From Candidatus Fervidifonticultor sextus (GTDB lineage: Bacteria > Sysuimicrobiota > Sysuimicrobiia > Sysuimicrobiales > Humicultoraceae), in assembly GCA_031459875.1 (NCBI GenBank), contig JAVKHQ010000014.1, forward strand, positions 1 through 64,000: 64,000 bases of DNA, in the 5' to 3' direction. Both the position numbers and the translations under genes were made by a program. The notes beneath the pieces are model-generated. The model searched no databases. It had not been told where the DNA came from and was given only the letters and a program-made list of their open reading frames with translations. Shown one piece after another: positions 41,233-51,243 of this stretch; the first letter of the stretch is position 1; each line of letters begins with the position of its first letter.

Positions 41233-42120
41233 TCAGGCTCTGTGTGCGTGCGGGTCCACCGCGTCGCGGATCCCGTCGCCGACCAGATTGAACCCCAGCA
41301 CGGTGATGGTAATAGCCAGGCCGGGGCCGATGGCGGGCCACGGGGTGAACGTCATCACCGTGCGGCCCTCCGCAATCATCTGGCCCCACGTTGGGGTGGG
41401 TGGCTGTGTGCCCAGACCGAGGAACGAGAGGGCGGCCTCGGCCAGGATCGCCAACGCCAGCCGCAGGGTACTCTCCACCACGAGCGGCGCCGCGGCATTG
41501 GGCAGGATGTGGCGGCGGAGGATGCGCAGGTCGCCGGCGCCGACCGCCTCTGCGGCGTCGACGTATTCTTCATGGCGCACCGCCAGCACCGCCGCCCGTG
41601 CCACGCGCGCCATGGGTGCCGTAAAGATGATTCCGATCGCCAGCACCACGTTCCAGAAGCCGCCGCCCAGGAAGGCCAGGAGCCCAATGGCCAGCAGGAT
41701 AGCCGGGAAGGCCAGCAGGACGTCGGAGATGCGCATCACGACGGTGTCGAACCACCCGCCCCAGTACCCGACCAGGGCCCCCATCGCGCCGCCGACCGTC
41801 AGCGCGAGACCGACTGACAGCCCTCCCACGGCCAGCGAGATCCGGCCGCCGTAGAGGACGCGGGTCAACGTGTCGCGGCCGTAGAGGTCGTTGCCCAGCG
41901 GGTGCACAAGGGTGGGCGGGGTCAGACGCAGGTCGGGGGCAATCCTCACCGGATCGTACGGGGTGAGCACGGGCGCGAAGAGGGCTCCGCCGAGGACCAC
42001 CACCAGCAGCAGCCCGCCAGTGCGGGCGCTGGGGTGCCGCCACAATCTGGCGGCGAGGGCCGGCCGCCGGCGGGCCGGCGTCCACCTAGCCGTAGCGGAT
42101 GCGAGGGTCGATGACGCCAT
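41233..42120 (-). CDS. ABC permease (DppC-like)
   Basis: HPLGNDLYGRD, EAA-type loop, LSFLGLG...WG. Confidence 0.9.
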   Translation of the reverse strand: MASSTLASATARWTPARRRPALAARLWRHPSARTGGLLLVVVLGGALFAPVLTPYDPVRIAPDLRLTPPTLVHPLGNDLYGRDTLTRVLYGGRISLAVGGLSVGLALTVGGAMGALVGYWGGWFDTVVMRISDVLLAFPAILLAIGLLAFLGGGFWNVVLAIGIIFTAPMARVARAAVLAVRHEEYVDAAEAVGAGDLRILRRHILPNAAAPLVVESTLRLALAILAEAALSFLGLGTQPPTPTWGQMIAEGRTVMTFTPWPAIGPGLAITITVLGFNLVGDGIRDAVDPHAHRA

Positions 42121-43036
42121 AGCACAGATCCACCAGCAGGTTGACCAGGACGAACGCCAGGGCAATGGCCAGGACGGCGCCCTGGACGACGGGGTAGTCG
42201 CGCAGGTTGATGCCTTCCAGCGCATAGCGACCGATGCCGGGAAGCCCGAAGATCTGTTCGATGATGACGGTGCCGCCCAGCAGGGTCCCGAACTGGAGGC
42301 CGATGACCGTGACGACCGGGATGAGGGCTGGGCGCAGCGCGTGGCGCAGGATCACGGCGGCTTCGCGCAGGCCCTTGGCGCGCGCCGTGCGGACGTAGTG
42401 CCGGTTCAGCACCTCCAGCAGGCTGCTGCGTACGATGCGGCTGCTGGCCGCAGCGAGGATCAGCCCCAGCGACAGCGCGGGCAGGACCATGTGGCGCAGG
42501 CTTTCCACCAGGTTCTCGGTGGGCGGCACGTACCCGGTCGGTGGGAACCACCCCAGCCGTAGGGCGAAGAGCAGGATGAGCAGGATGGCAAGCCAGAACG
42601 ACGGGACCGAGAGGCCGAGCAGCACGAAGGCGGTGGCCAGGTAGTCGGCGGCCTTCCCGCGTTGGAGCGCGGCCAGGATGCCGATGGGGAACCCGATGGC
42701 TGCCGCCACCAGCAGCCCGAGCAGGGACAACTGGATCGTCACCGGGAAGCGGCGCAGCAGTTCCGGGCCGACCGGTCGGCCGGTGCGCAGCGACCGACCC
42801 AGGTCGCCGCGGGCCAGGGCAGCCAGGTAGTCACCGAACTGGACTGGCAGCGACCGGTTCAACCCGAAGAGCCGGCGCAGTTCCTCCACCCGCTGGGGCG
42901 AGATGGAGGCCTCAAGGCCGATCAGTTGTGTGACCACATCGCCTGGCACCAGCCGGATGAGCAGGAAGACGGCCAGCACCACGCCCAGCACGGTGGGGAT
43001 GGCCAGCAGCAGCCTCCGGATCAGGTAGGGGCCCAT
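42086..43036 (-). CDS. ABC permease (DppB-like)
   Basis: YVRTARAKGL, DYPVVQG, DPRIRY. Confidence 0.92.
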   Translation of the reverse strand: MGPYLIRRLLLAIPTVLGVVLAVFLLIRLVPGDVVTQLIGLEASISPQRVEELRRLFGLNRSLPVQFGDYLAALARGDLGRSLRTGRPVGPELLRRFPVTIQLSLLGLLVAAAIGFPIGILAALQRGKAADYLATAFVLLGLSVPSFWLAILLILLFALRLGWFPPTGYVPPTENLVESLRHMVLPALSLGLILAAASSRIVRSSLLEVLNRHYVRTARAKGLREAAVILRHALRPALIPVVTVIGLQFGTLLGGTVIIEQIFGLPGIGRYALEGINLRDYPVVQGAVLAIALAFVLVNLLVDLCYGVIDPRIRYG

Positions 43037-43048
43037 CGGGTGGGGTAC

Positions 43049-44341
43049 TCATACTCCGAGTGCACGCCCAACCCTTTCTGATCGGGTCGCGGGGAAGCGC
43101 CGGAAGACCGCGGTGCCGACGATCACACATGCCGCGGCCAGCAGCGGGACGATCCGGAGGCCGAGGTCGTAGCCCCATGCGGCGAGGACGCCGCCAAGGA
43201 GGATCGAGGCCAGGCTCGTTGCGCCGTTGAGGACCAGGCCCTGGAAGGCGAAGAACATCCCTTCGAGTCGTTGCCCGCGCTCGGCGGCTACGGTATGCGC
43301 GATGTCGGCCAGCAGCGTGTTGGGCAAGGTGAACAACGCCGCCAGGGAAGGGGCGGCCAGGGCGATGACCACGTACCCCTGGGCCGCGGCACTCAAGGGA
43401 ACCGGCCACCATCCCACCGTAGCCATGAGCGCCAGGGTGGCACCGGATGTCCCCATCGCCGCCAGCAGCGTCCTGTGGGTTCCGATCCGATGGGCCAGGG
43501 CGGTGACCGCCGGGGTGGTCAGGATCGTTGTGGCCACGCCAACTGCCAGGATCGTGCCCACCGCGGCGCGCGGCAGGTCCATCAGCACCGTGACGAAGAG
43601 GGCCAGTGTGAGCTGGACCATCGAGAGGCCCAGCCACAGCAGTGCGAAACCGGAGATGAAGATGCGGAACCGAAGGTTGCCGAACACGGCGCGCAGCGCC
43701 GCGGTGAAGTGCAGGCGGGTATCGGCGATCGGGTGCTCCCGAATCGCCAGGCCGGCCAGCAGCATGGGGATCATGCCCAGGGGTGCCAGGACCATTCCCA
43801 TGACCGGAAAGCCCTGCCGCGACGCCAGTTGCGCCGAGGCGAGGTAGGCGGCGGCGGTGCCGACCAGCGTGAAGATCGTCTGCCATGCCGCCGTGGCGAT
43901 CCGCTCGCGCCCGGCATGTGTGACTTCGGGCAGCAGCGCCATGTAGGGGTTGAGCACCAGAGTGAAGAGCAGGAAGAAGAGACCGAGCAACACCGTCAGG
44001 TATACGAAGTTGGCCGTGGTGACCGCCGCGTCGGGTGGGCGCCAGAGCAGGGCGAAGACCACCGCCAGCAGCGGCGCCCCGATGAAGATGAACGGCCGGC
44101 GTCTGCCGCCGCGGCCGCGGTGTCCGTCGCTCCAGTGCGCGATCGGGGGGTCCACCAGCGCGTCCACCAGGCGGCCCAGGCCCATGGCGATCCCGAGCAA
44201 TGTGGGGGTCGCCCGCTGCGGCAGTCCCTGGTCGGGCGGCGGCGCGTAGTAGTAGAACGTCCAGAGCAGGACGGTCTGCTGGAGCAGGCTGGTGCCGAAG
44301 ACCCCGAAGGCGTAGGCCACCTGGCGCGCCGGTGAGAGCAC
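43049..44341 (-). CDS. MFS transporter (GPH/MelB-like)
   Basis: [13 protein letters not shown]...[14 protein letters not shown]; about 12 TM. Confidence 0.85.
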   Translation of the reverse strand: MLSPARQVAYAFGVFGTSLLQQTVLLWTFYYYAPPPDQGLPQRATPTLLGIAMGLGRLVDALVDPPIAHWSDGHRGRGGRRRPFIFIGAPLLAVVFALLWRPPDAAVTTANFVYLTVLLGLFFLLFTLVLNPYMALLPEVTHAGRERIATAAWQTIFTLVGTAAAYLASAQLASRQGFPVMGMVLAPLGMIPMLLAGLAIREHPIADTRLHFTAALRAVFGNLRFRIFISGFALLWLGLSMVQLTLALFVTVLMDLPRAAVGTILAVGVATTILTTPAVTALAHRIGTHRTLLAAMGTSGATLALMATVGWWPVPLSAAAQGYVVIALAAPSLAALFTLPNTLLADIAHTVAAERGQRLEGMFFAFQGLVLNGATSLASILLGGVLAAWGYDLGLRIVPLLAAACVIVGTAVFRRFPATRSERVGRALGV

Positions 44342-44455
44342 GCGCCAGCCTTCCACGACCCCACAGGGCGCCCCTCCCTCCCTGGCGTATCCTTGCAGTA
44401 CCCGCCGGGCGGGGTGGAGGTTGCTCAAAGACCCGTCTCCGGGGAAGGAGGGGGC

Positions 44456-45577
44456 ATGCTGCGATACCTGACGGCCGGTGAATCCCACGGGCGGGCGCTG
44501 GTGGCCATCATCGAGGGAGTGCCGGCCGGACTGCCTGTGGACGAGGCCTACATCAACACGCAGCTGGCGCGGCGCATGTTCGGCTACGGCCGTGGCGGCC
44601 GCATGCAGATCGAGCAGGACCGCGCCGAGATCATCTCCGGCATCGTTCGGGGGGAGACCATCGGCGCGCCGGTCTCCGTGCTGATCGCCAACCGCGACTG
44701 GCGGCAGGACGAGCCCGACATCACCCGGCCCCGCCCGGGTCATGCCGATCTGGTCGGAGCGCTCAAGTACGGTTTCGACGAGGTGCGCCGCGTCCTGGAG
44801 CGTTCCAGCGCGCGCGAGACCGCGGCCCGCGTCGCCATGGGCGCCATCTGCCGGCGGTTCCTGGAAGAGTTCGGGATCAGGCTCTTCAGCCACGTGACCG
44901 AGATCGGCGGGGAGACGATCCGCACCCGGCCGGACCGCTGGGAAGACATCCCGGGCCTGGCCGAGGCCTCGGCGGTGCGGTGCGTGGACCCCGAGGCCGA
45001 AGCACGGATGAAGGCCGCCATCGATGCGGCGGCCGAGCGTGGGGACACGCTGGGCGGCGTGTTCGAGGTCGTCGTCCTTGGCCTCCCCCCGGGCCTGGGC
45101 AGTTACGTGCATTGGGACCGCAAACTCGACGCCCGCCTGGCCGCGGCCCTCATTTCGATCAATGCGGTCAAGGGTGTCGAGTTCGGACTGGGATTCGAGG
45201 CGGCGCGGACGCCGGGCAGCCGGGCGCACGACGAGATCTTCTACGATCCAGCCAGAGGGTTCTACCGGACCACGAACCGCTCCGGGGGCCTGGAAGGCGG
45301 AACGTCAAGCGGCGACCCGCTGGTTGTGCGCGCGGCGATGAAACCTCTCTCGACGCTGCGGACGCCGCTCCGGTCGGTCGACCTGAGGACGAAGGAAGTC
45401 GTTGAGGCGGTTGTCGTGCGCAGCGACGTCTGCGCGGTGCCGGCAGCCGGCGTCATCGGTGAGGCCATGGTGGCGTTCGTGCTGGCAGACGCGTTCCTGG
45501 AGAAGTTCGGCGGCGACGCCATGGCGCACATCCGTCGCGCCTATGAGGCGTTTGCGGCCGAGGTGCGAAGGGCGTGA
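44456..45577 (+). CDS. aroC: Chorismate synthase
   Basis: [30 protein letters not shown]. Confidence 0.96.
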   Translation: MLRYLTAGESHGRALVAIIEGVPAGLPVDEAYINTQLARRMFGYGRGGRMQIEQDRAEIISGIVRGETIGAPVSVLIANRDWRQDEPDITRPRPGHADLVGALKYGFDEVRRVLERSSARETAARVAMGAICRRFLEEFGIRLFSHVTEIGGETIRTRPDRWEDIPGLAEASAVRCVDPEAEARMKAAIDAAAERGDTLGGVFEVVVLGLPPGLGSYVHWDRKLDARLAAALISINAVKGVEFGLGFEAARTPGSRAHDEIFYDPARGFYRTTNRSGGLEGGTSSGDPLVVRAAMKPLSTLRTPLRSVDLRTKEVVEAVVVRSDVCAVPAAGVIGEAMVAFVLADAFLEKFGGDAMAHIRRAYEAFAAEVRRA

Positions 45578-45617
45578 GACGAAAAACAGGTCCCCGTGGT
45601 GGGCCGAACACGGTGCT

Positions 45618-46184
45618 GTGCTGACCATCGTGGGAGAACACGTCAACCTGCGGCAGTTCCTCCCCGGCGACGATGCGTGGTTGGTCCAGGCCATGGCCCG
45701 GGGGTCCTGGTGGCGCTGGGATGCGCCCTGGGAAGGGCCGCCGACGGAGGTCGAACTCCGCCGGCTGCCCCGCCTGGTGGCGGTGCTGGTCGGTGAGCGT
45801 GCCGTCCCACCCCGTCGCATGGTGATCGAGACGCGGGCCGGCCGCCCCATCGGCACGGTGACGCGGTACTGGGCGGACGTGCGCACCCGGTGGCTGGAGG
45901 TGGGTGTGGGCATCTACTCGGCCCGGGACTGGGGGCGGGGGTTTGGCACCGAGGCCCTGGCCCTGTGGGTGGACTACCTGTTCGAGACGATGCCCATCCA
46001 CCGGATCGGCCTGCGAACCTGGTCGGGGAACCGACGGATGATGCGCGTGGCCCGGCGTCTGGGGTTCAGGCAGGAAGCCGCCTTCCGCCAGGCCTACGTG
46101 ACGCGCAGGCGCGCCTACGACCGGGTGGCCTTCGGTCTGCTGCGCCGCGAGTGGCAGCGCGCGCGCCGGGCCTGGCCGGTGTGA
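45618..46184 (+). CDS. RimJ/RimL-type GNAT acetyltransferase
   Basis: WGRGFGTEAL, TWSGNRRMMRVARRLGF. Confidence 0.82.
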   Translation: MLTIVGEHVNLRQFLPGDDAWLVQAMARGSWWRWDAPWEGPPTEVELRRLPRLVAVLVGERAVPPRRMVIETRAGRPIGTVTRYWADVRTRWLEVGVGIYSARDWGRGFGTEALALWVDYLFETMPIHRIGLRTWSGNRRMMRVARRLGFRQEAAFRQAYVTRRRAYDRVAFGLLRREWQRARRAWPV

Positions 46185-46188
46185 TCGG

Positions 46189-47808
46189 GTGGCGTCGGCG
46201 CCGATGCCGTCGGCTGCGATACGCGTGATCTCTCTGGTCGGTCTCATGGGATCCGGCAAGACCGAGGTCGGCCGGACCCTGGCGCGCCGGCTCGGTTGGG
46301 AATTCATCGATACGGATGCGGAAATCGAGGCACGCGAGGGTCGGTCGGTTGCCGCCATCTTCCAGGATGCAGGTGAGGGAGACTTTCGCCGGGTGGAGCG
46401 CGACGTGGTCCGCCGCGCAACCCGCGGCCGCAGGAGGGTGATCGCCACCGGCGGCGGCGCCGTGCTCTCGCCCCGGAGCCGTCGGGCGCTGACGCAGGCC
46501 GGACCGGTCTTCTACCTGCGGGCGCCGGTGGAGGTGCTTCTGCAGCGTGTGGGGAACGACCCGAGCCGGCCGTTGCTGGGGGATGACCCGCGGGCGTCGC
46601 TGGAACGGCTGCTGCGGGAGCGCGAGGCGCTCTACCTCCAGACCGGGATGCCGGTGGACGCCGCCAGGCCGGCGGACGCGGTCGCAGACGACATCCTGGC
46701 CCATCTGGCGGCGTCGCGCCGGCGGGTGCGCGTGGATCTGGGTCCCCGATCCTACGACGTGCTCATCGGGATCGGAGCGCAGGCCCTGGTGGGCTACGAC
46801 CTCGAGCAGATGGGTGCGGGCGGGCAGGTGGCGGTTGTCACGCACCGGTCGCTCTTGAGGCGATTCGGCGCCTCGGTCGTGGCGGCGCTGGAGGGTTGCG
46901 GGTTCATGGTGCGTACCATTGCGGTGCCGGCCGGCGAACGGGCGAAGACCCTCCGGCAGGCCAGCCGGATCCTCGACGCGCTGGGGGCCGCCGGCCTGAC
47001 GCGGTCGGATACCCTCGTGGCGCTGGGCGGTGGCGTGATCGGGGATCTCGCCGGGTTCGCCGCCGGCATCTACATGCGGGGCATCCGGTTCGTGCAACTC
47101 CCGACGACGCTGCTGGCTCAACTCGACAGCAGCATCGGTGGGAAGACCGGCGTGAACCATCCCAGGGCGAAGAACCTGGTGGGTGTCTACCATCAGCCGG
47201 CCCTGGTCGTGGCAGACATTGAGGTCCTGCGACACCTGCCCCTGCGGGAGCGGCGCGCAGGGCTGGCCGAGGCGGTCAAGTACGGGGTGGTCCTCGACCG
47301 TGATCTCTTCGAGTGGCTGGCGCGCGACCCCCAGCGGCTCCTCGGGCGGGACGCCTGGGACGACCTGGAGGAGATCGTTTTCCGCTGCGCGTCGCTGAAG
47401 GCGCGGGTGGTGGCCCAGGACGAGTTCGAACAGGGGCCCCGCGAGGTGTTGAACTACGGGCACACCGTGGGGCACGCCATCGAGGCGGCGATGCCGGGTG
47501 CCCTGGTTCACGGCGAGGCCGTCGCCGTCGGCATGCGGGTCGAGGCGCGGGTCGCCGTCCGGTTGAGCCTGATGGCGGACGGCGACGCCGACCGTCAGGA
47601 CACCCTGCTCCGCCGGCTGGGCCTGCCCGTCACGGTGCCGGAGGGGCCGGTCGGTCCGTTGCTGGACGCGATGCGCCTGGACAAGAAGCGGCGCGACGGG
47701 AGGATTCGCTGCACCCTCCCCGAAGGCATCGGCCGGGCACGGCTCGGCGTCGACGTTCCAGAGTCCCTGATGGAGGAGGTCCTGCGATTGTGCCAAGAGT
47801 CCTGGTGA
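46189..47808 (+). CDS. aroKB: Fused shikimate kinase / 3-dehydroquinate synthase
   Basis: GLMGSGKT, IATGGG; GGGVIGDLAGF, PTTLLAQLDSSIGGKTG, NYGHTVGHAIE. Confidence 0.93.
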   Translation: MASAPMPSAAIRVISLVGLMGSGKTEVGRTLARRLGWEFIDTDAEIEAREGRSVAAIFQDAGEGDFRRVERDVVRRATRGRRRVIATGGGAVLSPRSRRALTQAGPVFYLRAPVEVLLQRVGNDPSRPLLGDDPRASLERLLREREALYLQTGMPVDAARPADAVADDILAHLAASRRRVRVDLGPRSYDVLIGIGAQALVGYDLEQMGAGGQVAVVTHRSLLRRFGASVVAALEGCGFMVRTIAVPAGERAKTLRQASRILDALGAAGLTRSDTLVALGGGVIGDLAGFAAGIYMRGIRFVQLPTTLLAQLDSSIGGKTGVNHPRAKNLVGVYHQPALVVADIEVLRHLPLRERRAGLAEAVKYGVVLDRDLFEWLARDPQRLLGRDAWDDLEEIVFRCASLKARVVAQDEFEQGPREVLNYGHTVGHAIEAAMPGALVHGEAVAVGMRVEARVAVRLSLMADGDADRQDTLLRRLGLPVTVPEGPVGPLLDAMRLDKKRRDGRIRCTLPEGIGRARLGVDVPESLMEEVLRLCQESW

Positions 47809-48236
47809 TGTACGGTCCAAACCTCAACCTGTTGGGCAGCCGCGAACCCCACATCTACGGCGAGGCCACCCTGGAGGCGGTCAACGCGCGCGTGGGGGCC
47901 GCCGCTGCTGCCGCCGGGATCGAGCTCGAGGTGTTCCAGTCCAATCACGAGGGAGCACTGATCGACCGCCTCCATGAGGCGCGGACGACCTGCCAGGCCG
48001 TTGTCCTCAACCCCGGTGGTCTGGGGCACACCAGCGTGGCGCTGCGCGACGCCATTGCCGCCATCGGGATTCCGGTGGTCGAGTGCCACCTGTCCAACCT
48101 GGCCAGACGGGAGGAGTTCCGGCAGCGCTCGCTCATCAGCGATGTCTGCGCCGGTGTCATCATGGGCTTTGGACCCGAGAGCATGGTGCTGGGCCTGCGG
48201 GCGGCCGCGGCCCTCATCCAGGGCAGAGCGCGCTAG
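47790..48236 (+). CDS. aroQ: Type II 3-dehydroquinate dehydratase
   Basis: GPNLNLLGSREPHIYG, QSNHEG, ECHLSN. Confidence 0.94.
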   Translation: MPRVLVMYGPNLNLLGSREPHIYGEATLEAVNARVGAAAAAAGIELEVFQSNHEGALIDRLHEARTTCQAVVLNPGGLGHTSVALRDAIAAIGIPVVECHLSNLARREEFRQRSLISDVCAGVIMGFGPESMVLGLRAAAALIQGRAR

Positions 48237-48245
48237 CGAGGGCAC

Positions 48246-48638
48246 ATGCACGTCCGCGGCATCCGAGGCGCCACCACCGCCGCTGCGAACTCGGCGGACG
48301 CCATCCAGGACGCGACCCGCGAGTTGCTGCTGGCGGTCGTGCGGGCGAACCAGGTTGAATCCGATGAGATCGCGGCGGTGTTCTTCACCGCCACGCCCGA
48401 CCTGAACGCCACCTATCCGGCTGAGGCCGCCCGGCAGCTCGGCTGGCAGACCGTGCCCCTGCTTTCGTTTGCCGACCTCGCCGTACCGGGCTCGCTGCCC
48501 CGCTGCATCCGCGTGCTCCTTTTGTGGAACACCCCGCGGGCCCAGGAGGAGGTCGTCCACGTGTACCTGCGCGGGGCCGAAGTGCTGCGGCCGGACCTCG
48601 CCGGACCCGGCGCCGGCGCTGCGGCGGATGACGCCTGA
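48246..48638 (+). CDS. aroH: AroH-type chorismate mutase
   Basis: RGIRGATT, PRCIRVL, HVYLRGAEVLRPDL. Confidence 0.92.
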   Translation: MHVRGIRGATTAAANSADAIQDATRELLLAVVRANQVESDEIAAVFFTATPDLNATYPAEAARQLGWQTVPLLSFADLAVPGSLPRCIRVLLLWNTPRAQEEVVHVYLRGAEVLRPDLAGPGAGAAADDA

Positions 48639-49938
48639 ACGGTCCGTGCGCGAGGTCGTTCCCCTGGCGGCTCCTCCCGATGCCGTTGTCTCCGTCCCGG
48701 GATCGAAGAGCCTGACCAACCGCGCGCTGGTCCTGGCGGCGCTGGCCGACGGCCCTTCGCGCCTGACCAACGCGCTCTTTTGCGACGATACGGCCGTGAT
48801 GGTGGAGTCGCTGTGGCGGCTGGGGTTCGACGTGCGCGTGGACGAGCGGGCGCTCACGATGGACGTGATCGGTTTGGGCGGTGTGATTCCCGCGCGCGCG
48901 GCCGACCTGTTCGTGGGCGGGGCGGGGACGGTGGCGCGGTTCCTGACGGCCATGGCGTGTTTGGGAGCGGGGCGCTACCACATCGATGGCGTCGACCGGA
49001 TGCGGGAGCGGCCGATCCAGGACCTGGTCGACGCGCTGGCGATGCTCGGCGCCTCGGTGGAGGCCACCCGCGGGGCCCTGCCGGTGGTCGTGGAGGCGTC
49101 CGGCCTGCGCGGGGGCCGTACCGTCGTCAGGGGAGAGGTCAGCAGCCAGTTTGTCTCGGCGATCCTGATGGCGGCGCCCTATGCGGCCGGTGATGTGGAG
49201 GTCGTTGTCGAGGGCCGCCTGGTCGGCGCACCGTATGTGGAGATGACGCTAGCGACGATGGCGGCGTTTGGGGTGGACGTGACGCGCGAGGGGCTGCGCC
49301 GGTTCTGGATTCGGGCCGGCCAGCGCTACCGGCCCCGCGAGTACGCGGTGGAACCCGACGCCAGCGGGGCCGCCTATTTCTTCGCCGCCGCCGCGATCAC
49401 CGGCGGCCGCGTCACCGTGCCCGGACTCGGCACCGCCTCCCTCCAGGGCGACGTCGGGTTCGTCGACGTGCTGGAGCAGATGGGGTGTGCCATCGACCGG
49501 CGCGCCGACGCGGTGACCGTGCGGGGGACCGCCGACCTGCGCGGGGTTGATGTGGATCTGGGCGGGATGAGCGATCAGACGATGACGCTGGCGGCGGTGG
49601 CGCCGTTTGCCCGCGGGCCGACCCGCATCCGGGGGGTGGCCCACATCCGCCACCAGGAGTCCGACCGACTGGCGGCGACCGCGGCGGAGTTACGCCGTCT
49701 GGGTCAGGACGTGGAGGAACTCGAAGACGGCCTGCGCATCACACCGCGGCCGATCCGGCCCGCCGTCGTCCAGACCCACGGCGACCACCGCCTCGCCATG
49801 GCGTTCGCAGTGGCGGGGCTGCGCGCGCCGGGCATCGCCATTGCCGACCCCGCCTGCGTGGCGAAGACCTTTCCCGACTTCTTCGAGCGTCTGGATCGGT
49901 TACGCCGGCCGACAGGCTCGGCGTACCGGTCCGGCTAG
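48628..49938 (+). CDS. aroA: EPSP synthase
   Basis: PGSKSLTNR, SSQF, ESDR, DHRLAM, KTFPDFF. Confidence 0.95.
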   Translation: MTPERSVREVVPLAAPPDAVVSVPGSKSLTNRALVLAALADGPSRLTNALFCDDTAVMVESLWRLGFDVRVDERALTMDVIGLGGVIPARAADLFVGGAGTVARFLTAMACLGAGRYHIDGVDRMRERPIQDLVDALAMLGASVEATRGALPVVVEASGLRGGRTVVRGEVSSQFVSAILMAAPYAAGDVEVVVEGRLVGAPYVEMTLATMAAFGVDVTREGLRRFWIRAGQRYRPREYAVEPDASGAAYFFAAAAITGGRVTVPGLGTASLQGDVGFVDVLEQMGCAIDRRADAVTVRGTADLRGVDVDLGGMSDQTMTLAAVAPFARGPTRIRGVAHIRHQESDRLAATAAELRRLGQDVEELEDGLRITPRPIRPAVVQTHGDHRLAMAFAVAGLRAPGIAIADPACVAKTFPDFFERLDRLRRPTGSAYRSG

Positions 49939-50090
49939 GCCGCCTTGGTCTCCTGCGGCTTGAACGTGAACCGCTGGCCGCAGTCGCGGCAGCGCCACTC
50001 CTGGTTGCCGGCCTCGTCGGTGCCCTGGTAGTCGATGTGCACGCTCTTGCACCCCGGGCATCGGGAGGCACCCTTCATGCCCATGGCCAT
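49935..50090 (-). CDS. 51-aa zinc-ribbon microprotein
   Basis: MAMGMKGASRCPGCKSVHIDYQGTDEAGNQEWRCRDCGQRFTFKPQETKAA; SD GGAAAGGGGG; not in ORF track. Confidence 0.75.
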   Translation of the reverse strand: MAMGMKGASRCPGCKSVHIDYQGTDEAGNQEWRCRDCGQRFTFKPQETKAA

Positions 50091-50165
50091 CCCCCTTTCC
50101 CGCCCGTCCCCATCGTCTACCCGGGAGAGCGGGCGTGCATCGGGTGGAGAACGGATGTGCGCTGC

Positions 50166-51146
50166 CTAGGTGACGGGGCCCTCGGCGGACGGCTCGCCCC
50201 CGGCCTCGCCGAGAAACCGGTCCCAGCGCAGCCGTCCGGGGGGCCGTTCGACCCCGCGGGCATAGGCGACGGCCAGATCGGCCATCTTCTCTACGACCCA
50301 GGCGAAGTACACGTCCCGGATGCGGGTCCGTTCGAAATCGGGGGCGGGGTTGAGGAAGTCGATGGCGTACGGCACGCCCTCGCGGATCGCGAACTCCACG
50401 GTGTTCATGTCATAGCCCAGGGCCTCGCAGATCAGTCGCGCGTCGTTGACGACGCGGGCGCCCAGGTCCGGCGTGAGGTGGTGGTGGTCGACGATGTAGC
50501 GCTCGGTCCAGGGCTGAATCCGGGGATCCCAGCGGATGGCCAGGACCTCGCGGCGGCCGATGCAGATACAGCGGACGTAGTGGTCGAACGCGATGTACTC
50601 CTGGAGGATCATGGTCTGCAGGCCGGTCTGGTCGTAGCAGCGCCAGAGGTCTTCCAGGGAGTGGACCTTGAAGACCTGTTTGAAGCCTCCGCCCACGTTG
50701 GGCTTGAGGATGGCGGGAAGCCCGACGTAGTCGACAATCTCCTGCCACGCCAGGGGATACTGCAGGTTGCGCAACGACGCGGGCGTGATGTCGTCGATGT
50801 AGGACTTGTTAGGGAGCACGACCGTGCGCGGGACCGCGACCCCCAGACGGGCCAGCAGGGCCGTGCCGAAGAACTTCTCGTCGGCCGACCACCAGAAGGG
50901 ATTGTTGATGACGATGGTGCCGGTCAGGGCCGCGTACTTCAGGTAGGCGCGGTAGTAGGGGACCTCGTGGGAGATCCGGTCGATGATGACCGCGTACCGA
51001 CGCGGATCGTCCAGGCGGGTCCCGCCCAGGCGGCAGAACTCGGCGGTCACCCCGTCCGTCGCGCGCTGGTTCACGTGCTCGATGAAGGCGGCCGGGAACG
51101 ACTCCTCCCGCCCGACCAGCAGGCCGATCTTCCTCGACCGGTTCAT
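50166..51146 (-). CDS. RimK-like ATP-grasp ligase
   Basis: IIDRISH, INNPFWWSADEKFF, LKPNVGGG, LQEYI, AIDFLNPAPD. Confidence 0.85.
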   Translation of the reverse strand: MNRSRKIGLLVGREESFPAAFIEHVNQRATDGVTAEFCRLGGTRLDDPRRYAVIIDRISHEVPYYRAYLKYAALTGTIVINNPFWWSADEKFFGTALLARLGVAVPRTVVLPNKSYIDDITPASLRNLQYPLAWQEIVDYVGLPAILKPNVGGGFKQVFKVHSLEDLWRCYDQTGLQTMILQEYIAFDHYVRCICIGRREVLAIRWDPRIQPWTERYIVDHHHLTPDLGARVVNDARLICEALGYDMNTVEFAIREGVPYAIDFLNPAPDFERTRIRDVYFAWVVEKMADLAVAYARGVERPPGRLRWDRFLGEAGGEPSAEGPVT

Positions 51147-51243
51147 CGGCAGGCTCCTCGCGGGATGGTGGGGTGCTCTTTTTGGTCGGCGCGGCACGAA
51201 GTCCTGCAGCGGGGGTCGCGGTACCGCGCCCCGGGCCGCACGA

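Noticed and set aside
39582..43036. Peptide ABC transporter lacking ATPase genes
   Set aside because: Sharing ATPases in trans is common; not distinctive
48246..48638. AroH has LSFADL where B. subtilis has TCMQEM (Glu78 to Asp)
   Set aside because: Catalytic Arg residues are retained and the by-eye alignment is too weak to claim altered function
49935..50165. IS1-like element
   Set aside because: No InsB/DDE domain, terminal inverted repeats or target duplication seen
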